From positions 64,001 to 128,000 of the forward strand of contig CAWCKH010000006.1 in NCBI GenBank assembly GCA_963796055.1: a stretch of DNA of 64,000 nt, written 5' to 3'. The translations under genes and the position numbers were made by a program. This DNA comes from an uncultured delta proteobacterium (GTDB taxonomy: Bacteria; Myxococcota; Myxococcia; Myxococcales; Myxococcaceae). Within the stretch, counting starts at the first letter, position 1, and each line of letters opens with the position of its first letter. The notes beneath the pieces are model-generated. The model did no database searches and had not been told where the DNA came from. It was given only the letters and a program-made list of their open reading frames with translations. Positions 29,413 through 38,883 of the stretch are shown in pieces.

Positions 29413-30198
29413 TCAGTGACCGCGCGCCCACCGGCGGACCGTCCGGGCGATCCGGCGGACGGTCAGCATGGGCTCGTGGAAGTAGAGGCTGTTCCAGGTG
29501 CTGTGCGCGCTCACCGCGAGCCGCTCGGGCAGGCTCATCGGGTAGTCCACGGAGGAGTGGACGTAGAAGTCGTCGGGATCGGCGACGCGCACCAGCCGGT
29601 ACCCCTCCTTCAGGAGCCTGGCCCGGAGCTTGTCGTAGGAGCGGCCGCCCCGCTCGATGGTCATGCAGAGGATCCGGAACTCGCCGAAGGGAAAGTCCTT
29701 CAGCGCGACCCACTCCGCCCCCTCGATGTCCAGGCTCAGGTAATCGATGACCGCGGGAAAGCGGTGGCGCCGGAGCAGCTCCCAGAGCGGAACCGTCGGC
29801 ATCCGGATCCGTTCCAGGGCGTGCGGGGGCGGCAGCCCGGGAACGAGCACGTACCCCTGGTTCCCGAAGCCGGCGGCGATGAAGTTGGGCTCGGAGAGGT
29901 GCTCGGTGATGCTGCTCAGCTCGGGGTGGGCGTTGAGAACGAACTCCACCTCGCCGGCGGAGTCGGTGAGACAGCACTGCTCCACGATGGCCGAGCGGTT
30001 GCGCTTGACCTGCTCGAAGCAGACGGGGTGTGGCTCCACGAGGAGCCCCTTCCAGCCGTACTCGCTCTCCAGCGCGTAGGAGTTCGAGCCCCGGATCCCG
30101 TCCGGACCAGCACCGGAATCGATGAACCAGCCTCCCCGCTTTCCCTTGAGCACCCGCTCGATGACCCAGCGGTCCTGGCCTTGATGGGAGTGGAACAT
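29413..30198 (-). CDS. FkbM-family methyltransferase
   Basis: GGAGG RBS. Motifs SHQGQD, FIDSGAGPDG..SNS, GWKGLLVEP and IDYLSLDIEGAE. Confidence 0.88.
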   Translation of the reverse strand: MFHSHQGQDRWVIERVLKGKRGGWFIDSGAGPDGIRGSNSYALESEYGWKGLLVEPHPVCFEQVKRNRSAIVEQCCLTDSAGEVEFVLNAHPELSSITEHLSEPNFIAAGFGNQGYVLVPGLPPPHALERIRMPTVPLWELLRRHRFPAVIDYLSLDIEGAEWVALKDFPFGEFRILCMTIERGGRSYDKLRARLLKEGYRLVRVADPDDFYVHSSVDYPMSLPERLAVSAHSTWNSLYFHEPMLTVRRIARTVRRWARGH

Positions 30199-30326
30199 TC
30201 CCTCCTGCGCCCCCTGTCGCCGACCGAGCTTGCCACAGCTCCTGTGCACCGGCGGTCGCGATGGCCATTCCGACGAGGGCGGATGTGCGGGCCGATTCGA
30301 CCCACCGTGCATACGTTGCAAGTCCA

Positions 30327-31670
30327 GTGCACATCCTCCTGCTCGCCCTGTTCGCCCAGGTCCCCGAGTTCCGTGCGGCGCCCCCGGCCGAACCCGCCCT
30401 CGCGCCCGCCCCGGCGGCCTCCGCTCCGGCAGAGACCCGTTCCGAGGAACCCCCCTCCCCGGTCCGTCCCGAGGACTTCTCCCTCGCCCAGCCCGGGGGT
30501 CACGCCCGCCAGGGAACGGCGCCGGGCGGGTTCTCCCTCGCCGCACCCGATCCGGAGGCGTTCAAGGTCGGGGCAAAGGACAGCGGCTTCGACTTCGTGC
30601 CCATCCCGGTCGCCTCGTTCAACTCGGACACCGGCTTCGGCTTTGGGCTGGTCCTTCTGGCGTACTTCTACGCCAAGGACTACCGCCCCTATCGGCACGG
30701 GTTCACCGCCCAGTTCTTCGCCACCACCACCGGCTTCCAGGGCCACTACATCACCTGGGACGCGCCCCACCTGCTCGGGCCGGTGCGGGTGGAGGCCCGT
30801 CTCGAGTTCCACAAGGACCTGTACGCGCCCTACTACGGCCCCGGGAACCACACCTTCCCCGGGCAGTTCCTGAACGGGCCGGACAAGTTCTTCGGCTACG
30901 AGAGCGTCTGGACCTCGGACTGGCTCCGCTTCCGGATCAAGCCGCTCGGGGACGCCGCGCCGCTGACGCTCTACGCCGGCTATCAGTACCGCTACTTCTG
31001 GATCACCCCCTACCCGGGCTCGAACCTCGACCAGGAGCGCCCGAACGGCGTCACCGGAGGCCGCAACGGCGCTGCCGTCGCCGGCATCCTCTTCGACACC
31101 CGCGACGACGAGCAGAACACCCACTCCGGCGTGCTGGTGCAGGCCGCGGCGCGCGTGGCCCGTCCCTGGACCGGCAGCCAGTTCAGTTACCAGGGCGTCA
31201 CCTTCGGGACCCGTGTCTTCTTTCCCCTCGGGACGCCGCGACTGGTGCTCGCGCTCCATGGCGAGGCGGACCATCTCTGGGGCGACGTCCCCTTCTGGGA
31301 GTGGAACCAGCTGGGGGGCATCTCCAGCGTGGAGGGCCTGGGCGGGCTGGACACGGTGCGCGGGGTGCCCCGGAACCGCTACGGCGGGAACACCAAGGTC
31401 CTGGGCAACGTCGAGCTGCGCTGGGCCGCGGTGGAGATTCCCTGGGGCCCCGCGCCGCTGCAGATCGGACTCTCGGGCTTCTTCGACACCGGCCGGGTCT
31501 GGCAACCGGGGCAGCCGAACGGGAAGTTCTTCGACCCGGACCAGTGGCACAGCGGCGCCGGAGGCGGTCTACGCCTGATGCGCCGGGCCGCGGTCATCCG
31601 CGCAGACTTCGGCGTGGACTGGGCGCTGAAGCGGACCGGGGTCTACATCGCGTTCGGTCAGCTCTTCTGA
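30327..31670 (+). CDS. Omp85/BamA-TamA-family outer-membrane beta-barrel without POTRA domains
   Basis: Signal peptide and Pro/Ala linker, then PVASFNSDTGFGFG, LGGLDTVRG (VRG loop motif), NVELR, FFDTGRVW, GAGGGLR, and a C-terminal Phe (FGQLF). Confidence 0.8.
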   Translation: MHILLLALFAQVPEFRAAPPAEPALAPAPAASAPAETRSEEPPSPVRPEDFSLAQPGGHARQGTAPGGFSLAAPDPEAFKVGAKDSGFDFVPIPVASFNSDTGFGFGLVLLAYFYAKDYRPYRHGFTAQFFATTTGFQGHYITWDAPHLLGPVRVEARLEFHKDLYAPYYGPGNHTFPGQFLNGPDKFFGYESVWTSDWLRFRIKPLGDAAPLTLYAGYQYRYFWITPYPGSNLDQERPNGVTGGRNGAAVAGILFDTRDDEQNTHSGVLVQAAARVARPWTGSQFSYQGVTFGTRVFFPLGTPRLVLALHGEADHLWGDVPFWEWNQLGGISSVEGLGGLDTVRGVPRNRYGGNTKVLGNVELRWAAVEIPWGPAPLQIGLSGFFDTGRVWQPGQPNGKFFDPDQWHSGAGGGLRLMRRAAVIRADFGVDWALKRTGVYIAFGQLF

Positions 31671-31692
31671 GAGCGCGGGGCCCGGGGCGTGC

Positions 31693-32754
31693 TCAGGCCG
31701 TGAGCCAGGCGCGGAGCTCGGCCGGCACCGAGCTCTCGGCCCGCACCCCGGGCTCGATCGACAGCGGCACCGCGACGAAGCCCCGGTGGGCGAGCGCGGA
31801 CATCAGCGCCCGGCGGGCCTCCTCGTCGGGCGAGAAGAGGACGCACCCGTCCCCACCGCCGGCCCCGCTCACCTTCCCGGTGCTTCCCGCGGTGCGCGCC
31901 AGGGCGAGGATGCGGGTCGTACCCGGGGTGGCCACTCCCGGCAGCGACTCGAGGAGCTGCTCCAGCCCCTGGCACACCTCGTCCACCTGGGCGAAGCGCG
32001 AGGCCCGGAGCCCGTCCTCCAGCTCCCGGCCGAGCTCGTCGCTCGACTCGACGAAGCGCTGCCGTGCCGGCCCCTCGAGGGCGGCCTCCACCGTCTGGAT
32101 CATCCCCTTCGTCGAGGCGCTCCGGCCGCTGAAGGCGTAGCTGGCCGGCAGCGCGGTGCTCCCCAGCCGCACCACGTCCGGCGCCCCCGCCGCGGCAAGC
32201 CCGAGGCCGAGCGAGGGCGCCGACGTCACCCGCTCGATGGGCCAGCGGCGGTAACGGAGCAGACCTCCCACCGAGGAGGCGGCGACGTCGCCCCCGCTCC
32301 CCTTCCCGTCCTGGGCCTCGGCGTGGGCGAGCATCGCCAGCGCCAGCGGCGGGCGGACCTCGAGCAGCCGGGCGGCGCTCTCCACCGCCAGCACCACCGC
32401 CCGCGCCGAGCTCCCCAGCCCCAGCTTGTGTCCACCGGGACCGGGCGCGGTGGGCGACAGCGCCAGCTCCAGGCCCAGCGACTCGCGCGCACGGGCCCGC
32501 ACCACCACGTCGAGCGCGCGGGCGGCGAAGGCGAACGCCGGCCCCGGCTCGCTCGCCCAGCGCACCCCGAGCGGGGTCACCGTTCCCTGCAGCCGCCCCT
32601 CGGCCAATACCAGATCTACCTCGCGGTCCTCACGGGTCCGGGCGAGCGCGAAGGCCCGCGGACCGACGCCCAGCAGCCGCGCCGTCCCGCCCCAGAGCAC
32701 CGCGTACTCCCCGGAGAGGAAGAGCTTGCCCGGGGCCGAGAGGCAGACCTCCAT
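31693..32754 (-). CDS. mvaK2: Phosphomevalonate kinase
   Basis: GHMP motifs APGKLFLSGEYAVL, KLGLGSSA, GSGGDVA and KVSGAGGGD; last gene of the mevalonate operon. Confidence 0.85.
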   Translation of the reverse strand: MEVCLSAPGKLFLSGEYAVLWGGTARLLGVGPRAFALARTREDREVDLVLAEGRLQGTVTPLGVRWASEPGPAFAFAARALDVVVRARARESLGLELALSPTAPGPGGHKLGLGSSARAVVLAVESAARLLEVRPPLALAMLAHAEAQDGKGSGGDVAASSVGGLLRYRRWPIERVTSAPSLGLGLAAAGAPDVVRLGSTALPASYAFSGRSASTKGMIQTVEAALEGPARQRFVESSDELGRELEDGLRASRFAQVDEVCQGLEQLLESLPGVATPGTTRILALARTAGSTGKVSGAGGGDGCVLFSPDEEARRALMSALAHRGFVAVPLSIEPGVRAESSVPAELRAWLTA

Positions 32755-32763
32755 CGCCAGGCC

Positions 32764-33750
32764 TCAGGGCTCCACGAGCCGGGCGTCGCCGCCCGGACGG
32801 CAGCGCACCACCTCGACCGCGCCCGCCTCGCGGGCCAGCCGCTCCACCTCGGCCTCGTGGGAAGCCAGGGTGAGCAGCACCGGATTCGGCCCCGCGTCGA
32901 GGGTGAACCACACCGGCACGCCCCGGCGCCGCGCCTGTGGCAGCGCGAGGATGAGCCCCAGGGTGCCGGGGAGCAGGTAACAGAGCGGCGGGTCGGCGGC
33001 GAGCGCGGTGGCGTGCATCCGCCAGGCGTTGCGCTCACAGAGCGCGCCCAGCGCCTCGATGTCCCGGCCGGCGATGGCGGCGGTGGCCCGGGGAATCTCC
33101 GCCTCGGCGTCCTTCACCCAGGCAGGGTAGTACGGCGAGGTCTCCACCGTCTGGGCCATGCCGTCGCGGCTACCGACCTCCTTCTCCGCCCGGCTCAACA
33201 CCGCCACCAGCAGCCGCAGCTCGGGCCAGTGCCCCTCGGGGAAGGCCTGGGTGGCGACGCTGTCCTCGCCGTCCTCGCGCTGGCCTCGGTGCCAGATGCA
33301 GACGCCTCCCTGCACGCTCCGGCACGCCGAGCCGCTGCCCTCGCGCGCCAGGCGGGAGACGGTGGCGGGCTCGATCGGGAGCCCGGCCGCGGCGCGCCCC
33401 GCCAGCGCCAGCGCGGCGAACCCCGCAGCGCTCGAGGCGAGACCCGCGGCCATGGGGAAGTTTCCCCGCGACTCGACCCGCACCGGCCCCAGCGCCCGGG
33501 TCGTCTCGGCGCGCACCCGCTCGAGCAGGCCCAGCACCCGGGCCTTCTCCTTCCCCCGCGCCTCGGCGCCGTGGAGCGTCACCGCATCGGCCGGAGCGCC
33601 GAACTCCACCGTGGTCACCACCTCCAGCGGGGCGAGGGTCACCGAGAGGCTCGACTGGTGCGGGAGGATGCGGAACGGGTCCCGCTTCCCCCAGTACTTC
33701 ACCAGGGCAATGTTGGGGTGCGCGCGTGCCGTCGCTCGGGAGTCGCTCAT
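32764..33750 (-). CDS. mvaD: Diphosphomevalonate decarboxylase
   Basis: Motifs AHPNIALVKYWGKRD, NFPMAAGLASSAAG, GSGSACRS, SRDGM and FTLDAGPN. Confidence 0.95.
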   Translation of the reverse strand: MSDSRATARAHPNIALVKYWGKRDPFRILPHQSSLSVTLAPLEVVTTVEFGAPADAVTLHGAEARGKEKARVLGLLERVRAETTRALGPVRVESRGNFPMAAGLASSAAGFAALALAGRAAAGLPIEPATVSRLAREGSGSACRSVQGGVCIWHRGQREDGEDSVATQAFPEGHWPELRLLVAVLSRAEKEVGSRDGMAQTVETSPYYPAWVKDAEAEIPRATAAIAGRDIEALGALCERNAWRMHATALAADPPLCYLLPGTLGLILALPQARRRGVPVWFTLDAGPNPVLLTLASHEAEVERLAREAGAVEVVRCRPGGDARLVEP

Positions 33751-34718
33751 GGGGTGGGCTCCAGCGCGGAGGTGAGCACGGTGAGACCCGTCTGCTCCAG
33801 CGTCAGCGGCCCTCCGCGCAGCCGGAACAGCGCCACCACCGCCCCGCCGTCTCCCCCGGCCCCGGTGAGCTTCGCGCCCAGCGCCCCGGCCCGGCGGAGC
33901 GTGTCCACCGCCGAGTCCAGCGCGGGCGAGCTGACGCCCGCCGCGGCGAGGAGGCCGTGGTTGACGTTCATCGCGTCGCCCAGTGACTCGAGGTCACCAG
34001 CCTCGAGCGCGCGCATCCCCTCCACGGCGAGGCGGCCCATCTCCCGGAAGAGCCTCCCGTACCGCTCGGGCCAGCGGGCGGCGCGGCGTCGGAGCGCGGC
34101 CACCGTCTCCTGCGTTCCCCGGCGCGGGCCGACCAGCGCCAGGACCAGCGTCGCCGGCGCGCCGATGCGCACCTTCCGGATGTGGCCCGGCTTCCCGGGG
34201 GTTGGCCGTCGGTAGAGGAGCGGCGCGCCGTGGGCGCTCACCGTGTGGTCCACCCCGGACGGCGTGCCGTGGAACGTCTCCTCCATGCGGAGGGCGAGGG
34301 CGAGCACCCTGCCCGGACTCGGGCGGGCGCCACTCGCCCCCAGCAGCAAGCGGGACAGCGCCACCGCCAGCGCCGCCGAGCTGCCGAGTCCCATCGAGAC
34401 CGGCAGCGTCGACGACAGGTGAATGCGCAGTGGTGGACGGCCGGTGGCCGCGGCGACCGTGTCGAACGCGGTGTCGAGCATCTGCCGCTGTGCTGGGCTG
34501 AGCTCGGCCAGCCCGGTCAGTCCGCAGCGGTCGGCAGGCGTCCCGCGGGCAGTGACGCCCAGGGTGAGGGGAACGGCGAGCGCCGGGTGTCCGTACACCA
34601 CCGCGTGCTCGCCCAGGAGAATCACCTTCCCCGGGCCGAACGCCTCGGGCAGGACGCTCCGCTGCGGCGCGCCCGCCGGGACGGCGGGGCGGTGCGCGGC
34701 GCTCGACCTCTGCTTCAC
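33747..34718 (-). CDS. mvk: Mevalonate kinase
   Basis: Motifs PGKVILLGEHAVVYG, GLGSSAA, HGTPSGVD and GAKLTGAGGDGG. GTG start overlaps the mvaA stop. Confidence 0.93.
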   Translation of the reverse strand: MKQRSSAAHRPAVPAGAPQRSVLPEAFGPGKVILLGEHAVVYGHPALAVPLTLGVTARGTPADRCGLTGLAELSPAQRQMLDTAFDTVAAATGRPPLRIHLSSTLPVSMGLGSSAALAVALSRLLLGASGARPSPGRVLALALRMEETFHGTPSGVDHTVSAHGAPLLYRRPTPGKPGHIRKVRIGAPATLVLALVGPRRGTQETVAALRRRAARWPERYGRLFREMGRLAVEGMRALEAGDLESLGDAMNVNHGLLAAAGVSSPALDSAVDTLRRAGALGAKLTGAGGDGGAVVALFRLRGGPLTLEQTGLTVLTSALEPTP

Positions 34719-36082
34719 GACCGCTCTGTCGGCCCGTGCGCGTCGGCCGGGCCGAGCGAGGCGAGGATCTCCCGCGCCTTGTCCACCTTGACCATGCCGC
34801 TCTTCACCAGCAGATGGGCCACCTTCTCCACGTGGTCTCCGCGGGCCCCCGCGGTCACCGCCACGCAGCGGGCGTGGAGCGCCATGTGGCCCTTCTGGAT
34901 GCCGACCGAGCCCAGCGCCCGGAGCGCGGCGAAGTTCTGGGCCAGGCCCACCGCGGCGAACACCATGCTCATCTCGCGTGCGCCATGGGTCGCCATCAGC
35001 TTCAGCGCCAGCTGCACGCCGGGGTGGATCTTGATCGGCCCGCCCACGGTGCCCAGCGCCAGCGGCAGCTCGATGCGTCCGACCAGATGGCCGTCCTCGA
35101 CGTACCACTGCGAGAGCGGCCGGTACTGGCCGTCGCGGCAGGCGAAGGCGTGCGCCCCGGCCTCGATCGCCCGCCAGTCCTGCCCAGTGGCGATGGCCAC
35201 GGCGTCGATGCCGTTCATGATGCCCTTGTTGTGGGTGGCCGCGCGGTAGGGGTCTGCCCGGGCGAAGCGACTGGCCTGGCTGATGCCTTCGCCGATCTCC
35301 GGACCGGGCAGTCCGAAGTCCGCCAGCGCCTCGAGCGGAATCTGGCAGCTCGCCCGGGCCAGCCGGCGGTCGGCCAGGTTGCTGAGGATGCGCAGGTAGA
35401 CATGGCCGCCGGTGATCTGCTCGATGAGCGGCGCCACGCCCTCGGCCATGGTGTTGATGAGGTTGGCCCCCATCGCCTCCTGGGTGTCGATGACCAGGTG
35501 GACCACCAGCAGCGGCTCGCCGCGGCTGCCCTCGGGCGCCGGCAGCAGGCGCACCTCGACGTCCCGCGCTCCACCGCCCCGGCGCTGCATCGAGGGGTGG
35601 AAGCTGTTGGCCAGGGCGAGGATCTGCTCCTTGTGGGCGCGGATCTTCTCCGCGGCGATGGTGGGATCGCCGTAGCGGGTGACCTGCACCTGGCCGATCA
35701 TCAACGGCTCGTCGGCGTCGGCGGTGAAGCCACCCGCCTCGCGGACGATCTTCGCCGCGAAGCTAACTGCGGCCACCACCGACGGCTCCTCCACCGCCAT
35801 GGGGACGAGGTAGTCACGGCCATTCACCTGGAGGTTCAGCCCCAGGCCGAGCGGGAGGGAAAACGTCCCCACCGCGTTCTCGATCATCGTGTTCGCCGTG
35901 GCGAGCGGCAGGGTCTCGGCGCTGCGCAGCAGCTCGAGGTCCTCCTTGGAAAGCCCGAAGCGTCGCTCCAGCTCCGCGAGGCGCTGGTCCAGCGTCAGCT
36001 TGTGGAACCCCGGGAAACGCGACGAGGGCGCCTGACCCACATCGGAGTCCACCCGGAGCACTGCCCCCGTTCCCTGTTTCAC
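34715..36082 (-). CDS. mvaA: Class II HMG-CoA reductase
   Basis: Motifs SRFPGFHKL, MIENAVG, PMAVEEPSVVAA, EAMGAN, RAATHNKGIMNG and GIQKGHMALH. Confidence 0.93.
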   Translation of the reverse strand: MKQGTGAVLRVDSDVGQAPSSRFPGFHKLTLDQRLAELERRFGLSKEDLELLRSAETLPLATANTMIENAVGTFSLPLGLGLNLQVNGRDYLVPMAVEEPSVVAAVSFAAKIVREAGGFTADADEPLMIGQVQVTRYGDPTIAAEKIRAHKEQILALANSFHPSMQRRGGGARDVEVRLLPAPEGSRGEPLLVVHLVIDTQEAMGANLINTMAEGVAPLIEQITGGHVYLRILSNLADRRLARASCQIPLEALADFGLPGPEIGEGISQASRFARADPYRAATHNKGIMNGIDAVAIATGQDWRAIEAGAHAFACRDGQYRPLSQWYVEDGHLVGRIELPLALGTVGGPIKIHPGVQLALKLMATHGAREMSMVFAAVGLAQNFAALRALGSVGIQKGHMALHARCVAVTAGARGDHVEKVAHLLVKSGMVKVDKAREILASLGPADAHGPTERS

Positions 36083-37137
36083 AGCGACTCCATCCAGTCC
36101 TTCAACGGAGCCGTCACCACCCGCGGGCTGCGCCGCAGGTCGGCCACGGTCCGGCTCGAGGTCAACAGCAGCGCTTGCCGCAGTCCTGCGACCACGGTGC
36201 GCACTGCCGCGTCGGCGCCGGCCACGCCGCCAGTCTGCTGCGCGCGGAACAATGGCAGGGCCATGCCTGCCAGGTCCGCGCCAAGCGCCAGGACCTTCGC
36301 AACGTCCAGGCCATGGCGAATTCCGCCCGAGGCGACGAGCTTCACCGACGGGCCCACCGCCCGCCGCACGCTCGCCACCGCTGCTGCGGTGGGGATGCCC
36401 CACGAGGAGAAGAGCGCACCCAGCTCGGCCATCTGGCCGCTGCTGCGGAGCTGCTCGACCCGGACCCAGCTGGTCCCGCCGAGGCCGCTGACGTCGATGG
36501 TGCGAACCCCGCAGTCGACCAGCCGCCGCGCCACCGCGGGCGCGATGCCACAGCCGGTCTCCTTCACCAGGAAGCGCTCCCCGAAGGCCGAGGCCAGCGC
36601 CTGTACCAGGCTGTACCCGCCCCGGAAGTCCCGGTCTCCCTCGGGCTGGCTCAGCTCCTGCGCGGCGTTGAGGTGCAGCGCCAGGCCATCGGCGTCGATG
36701 CCGTCCACCAGGCGCCGGACGCCGTCTACCCCCATCGCGATGGCCTGCTTCAGCCCGATGTTTCCCACCAGCAACACGTGCGGGGCGACGTCGCGAACCT
36801 GGAACGTGGGCGCCAGCTCGGGGTGCTCGGCCATCGCCCGCTGGCTGCCCACACCGAAGGCGAGACCATGCCGCTCAGCCACCTGGGCGAGGTCGCGGTT
36901 GACCTCGCGGGCCCGGTCGGTGCCGCCGGTCATGCCCGTGACCAGGATGGGGGCGCGGAGGACCTTCCCCCAGAGGGTGAGGGTCAGCTCCACCTCGTCC
37001 AGCGCCAGCTCAGGCAGCGCGTTGTGCACCAGGTGCAGGCAATCGAGCAGGGTAGAATTCCCGTCCGGCTCCACGTCCCCTTGCGCGCACAGATCGAGGT
37101 GGGCGTCCTTGCGCCGCGCTGTATGGGCCTCTGGCAT
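36079..37137 (-). CDS. fni: Type 2 (FMN-dependent) isopentenyl-diphosphate isomerase
   Basis: Motifs RKDAHL, HNALPE, GMTGG, GVGSQR, HLNAAQE..QPEGD, VKETGCG, GGTSW and ASGGIR. Confidence 0.95.
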   Translation of the reverse strand: MPEAHTARRKDAHLDLCAQGDVEPDGNSTLLDCLHLVHNALPELALDEVELTLTLWGKVLRAPILVTGMTGGTDRAREVNRDLAQVAERHGLAFGVGSQRAMAEHPELAPTFQVRDVAPHVLLVGNIGLKQAIAMGVDGVRRLVDGIDADGLALHLNAAQELSQPEGDRDFRGGYSLVQALASAFGERFLVKETGCGIAPAVARRLVDCGVRTIDVSGLGGTSWVRVEQLRSSGQMAELGALFSSWGIPTAAAVASVRRAVGPSVKLVASGGIRHGLDVAKVLALGADLAGMALPLFRAQQTGGVAGADAAVRTVVAGLRQALLLTSSRTVADLRRSPRVVTAPLKDWMESL

Positions 37138-37203
37138 CCGGGGTCTGGGGGGAGTACCAGCCAGGTCTTTCATGCGCAAGACGATCCAGGGTATCTGCCG
37201 TGT

Positions 37204-37617
37204 GTGTCAGCCAGCTCTGAAAGCGCTACACTCGCGATTTTCCTACACAGTGGCGCCTATGACAGGGTGCATCAAGGGCTGTCCATCGCGGCCTCCGGCG
37301 CGGCTCTGGGGCGGCGGGTGGAGGTCTATTTCTTCTGGTGGGCGTTGGAGCGCCTACTGACCGACCGGTTGGACGAACCCGACTTCCCCGACCGGGAGGA
37401 GGTGGCGGCGCGTTTCGAGGCCCGGGGCCTGCCGACGCTCCGCGCGCTGCTCGGACATCTCCGGGATTCGGGTCAGGTCACCCTGGTGGCCTGTACCGGC
37501 AGTCTCGCGGCACTCGGACGCACCGCTGCGGATGCCCAGGGCCGGGTCGACACCCTCCTCGGCTGGACGGCGATCCTTGCCCGGACGGCGGGGGTCACCG
37601 ACCGCTTTTACCTGTAG
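37204..37617 (+). CDS. DsrE/DsrF-like hypothetical protein
   Basis: LAIFLHSG.YDR...LSIAAS..ALG..VEVYFFWWAL and LVAC fit the DsrE-like fold; it is the C-terminal part of ORF 36175..37617. Confidence 0.6.
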   Translation: MSASSESATLAIFLHSGAYDRVHQGLSIAASGAALGRRVEVYFFWWALERLLTDRLDEPDFPDREEVAARFEARGLPTLRALLGHLRDSGQVTLVACTGSLAALGRTAADAQGRVDTLLGWTAILARTAGVTDRFYL

Positions 37618-38444
37618 GTCAGGGCGGCCGCGCTCGAGATCCGCGTCAGGGTGACATCAGGCCTGCAGTCGGCGAGGTCAGGGCGGCCGCAGTCAGCTCA
37701 GTCAGGGGGGCCGCGCTCGAGATCCGCGTCAGGGTGACATCAGGCCTGCAGTCGGCGAGGTCAGGGCGGCCGCAGTCAGCTCAGTCAGGGGGGCCGCACT
37801 CGAGATCCGCGTCAGGGTGACATCAGGCCTGCAGTCGGCGAGTTCAGGGCGGCCGCAGTCAGCTCAGTCAGGGGGGCCGCACTCGAGATCCGCGTCAGGG
37901 TGACATCAGGCCTGCAGTCGGCGAGGTCAAGGCGGCCGCAGTCAGCTCAGTCAGGGGGGCCGCGCTCGAGATCCGCGTCAGGGTGACATCAGGCCTGCAG
38001 TCGGCGAGGTCAGGGCGGCCGCAGTCAGCTCAGTCAGGGGGGCCGCACTCGAGATCCGCGTCAGGGTGACATCAGGCCTGCAGTCGGCGAGTTCAGGGCG
38101 GCCGCAGTCAGCTCAGTCAGGGCGGCCGCACTCGAGATCCGCGTCAGGGTGACATCAGGCCTGCAGTCGGCGAGTTCAGGGCGGCCGCAGTCAGCTCAGT
38201 CAGGGCGGCCGCACTCGAGATCCGCGTCAGGGTGACATCAGGCCTGCAGTCGGCGAGGTCAAGGCGGCCGCAGTCAGCTCGGTCAGGGCGGCCGCACTCG
38301 AGATCCGCGTCAGGGTGACATCAGGCCTGCAGTCGGCGAGTTCAGGGCGGCCGCAGTCAGCTCAGTCAGGGGGGCCGCATTCGAGATCCGCGTCAGGGTG
38401 ACATCAGGCCTGCAGTCGGCGAGGTCAAGGCGGCCGCAGTCAGC
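37618..38444. repeat. Non-coding tandem array of 10 x 83-bp units (last unit 80 bp)
   Basis: Unit GTCAGGG(C/G)GGCCGC(G/A)CTCGAGATCCGCGTCAGGGTGACATCAGGCCTGCAGTCGGCGAG(G/T)TCA(G/A)GGCGGCCGCAGTCAGCTCA. Units start at 37618, 37701, 37784, 37867, 37950, 38033, 38116, 38199, 38282 and 38365. Confidence 0.98.
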
Positions 38445-38883
38445 GAGACTGGGGTCGAAGGGCGATCAGCGCGACCGCCAGGACCGCCTGAAGCCCGAAG
38501 AGTACGGTGGAGATGCCGTGGAGCATCCCGAACCGCCGGCGGGTGGGGTCGCCGGGCGGCAGGTGCGACAGGCCCTCGCCGGCTGCGCGGCGGATGCCGG
38601 CGATCTCCGGCGTGACCAGGAACAGGCTCGCGGCGGCGAGCGCAGCCATCACCAGCCCCAGCACCACCGCCGCCCGACCCGAGCGGCCGCTCGCCCCGAG
38701 CGCCACCGCGGCGAGCCCGAGGACCAGGCCCACCGAATCGAGCACCGGGAGCACCCGGCCGACCACCCGGGCGGCGGCCGAGGGAGGCACGGTGGCGAAC
38801 AGGGCGGGCGTGACCGTCGTTGCGAAGAGGGCCAGAGCGCCGAGGAAGGCGACGAGCAGCAACCGGTGGGTGGAGTGGAGCAT
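38440..38883 (-). CDS. DUF4149-like membrane protein
   Basis: Four hydrophobic segments with P.LFA....AA..VG..L and RRFGMLHGIS. Its stop codon lies inside the last array unit. Confidence 0.7.
   Translation of the reverse strand: MLHSTHRLLLVAFLGALALFATTVTPALFATVPPSAAARVVGRVLPVLDSVGLVLGLAAVALGASGRSGRAAVVLGLVMAALAAASLFLVTPEIAGIRRAAGEGLSHLPPGDPTRRRFGMLHGISTVLFGLQAVLAVALIALRPQSR

Noticed and set aside
37618..38444. CRISPR array
   Set aside because: Units are contiguous near-identical 83-mers with no unique spacers, no AT-rich leader and no cas genes in the window.
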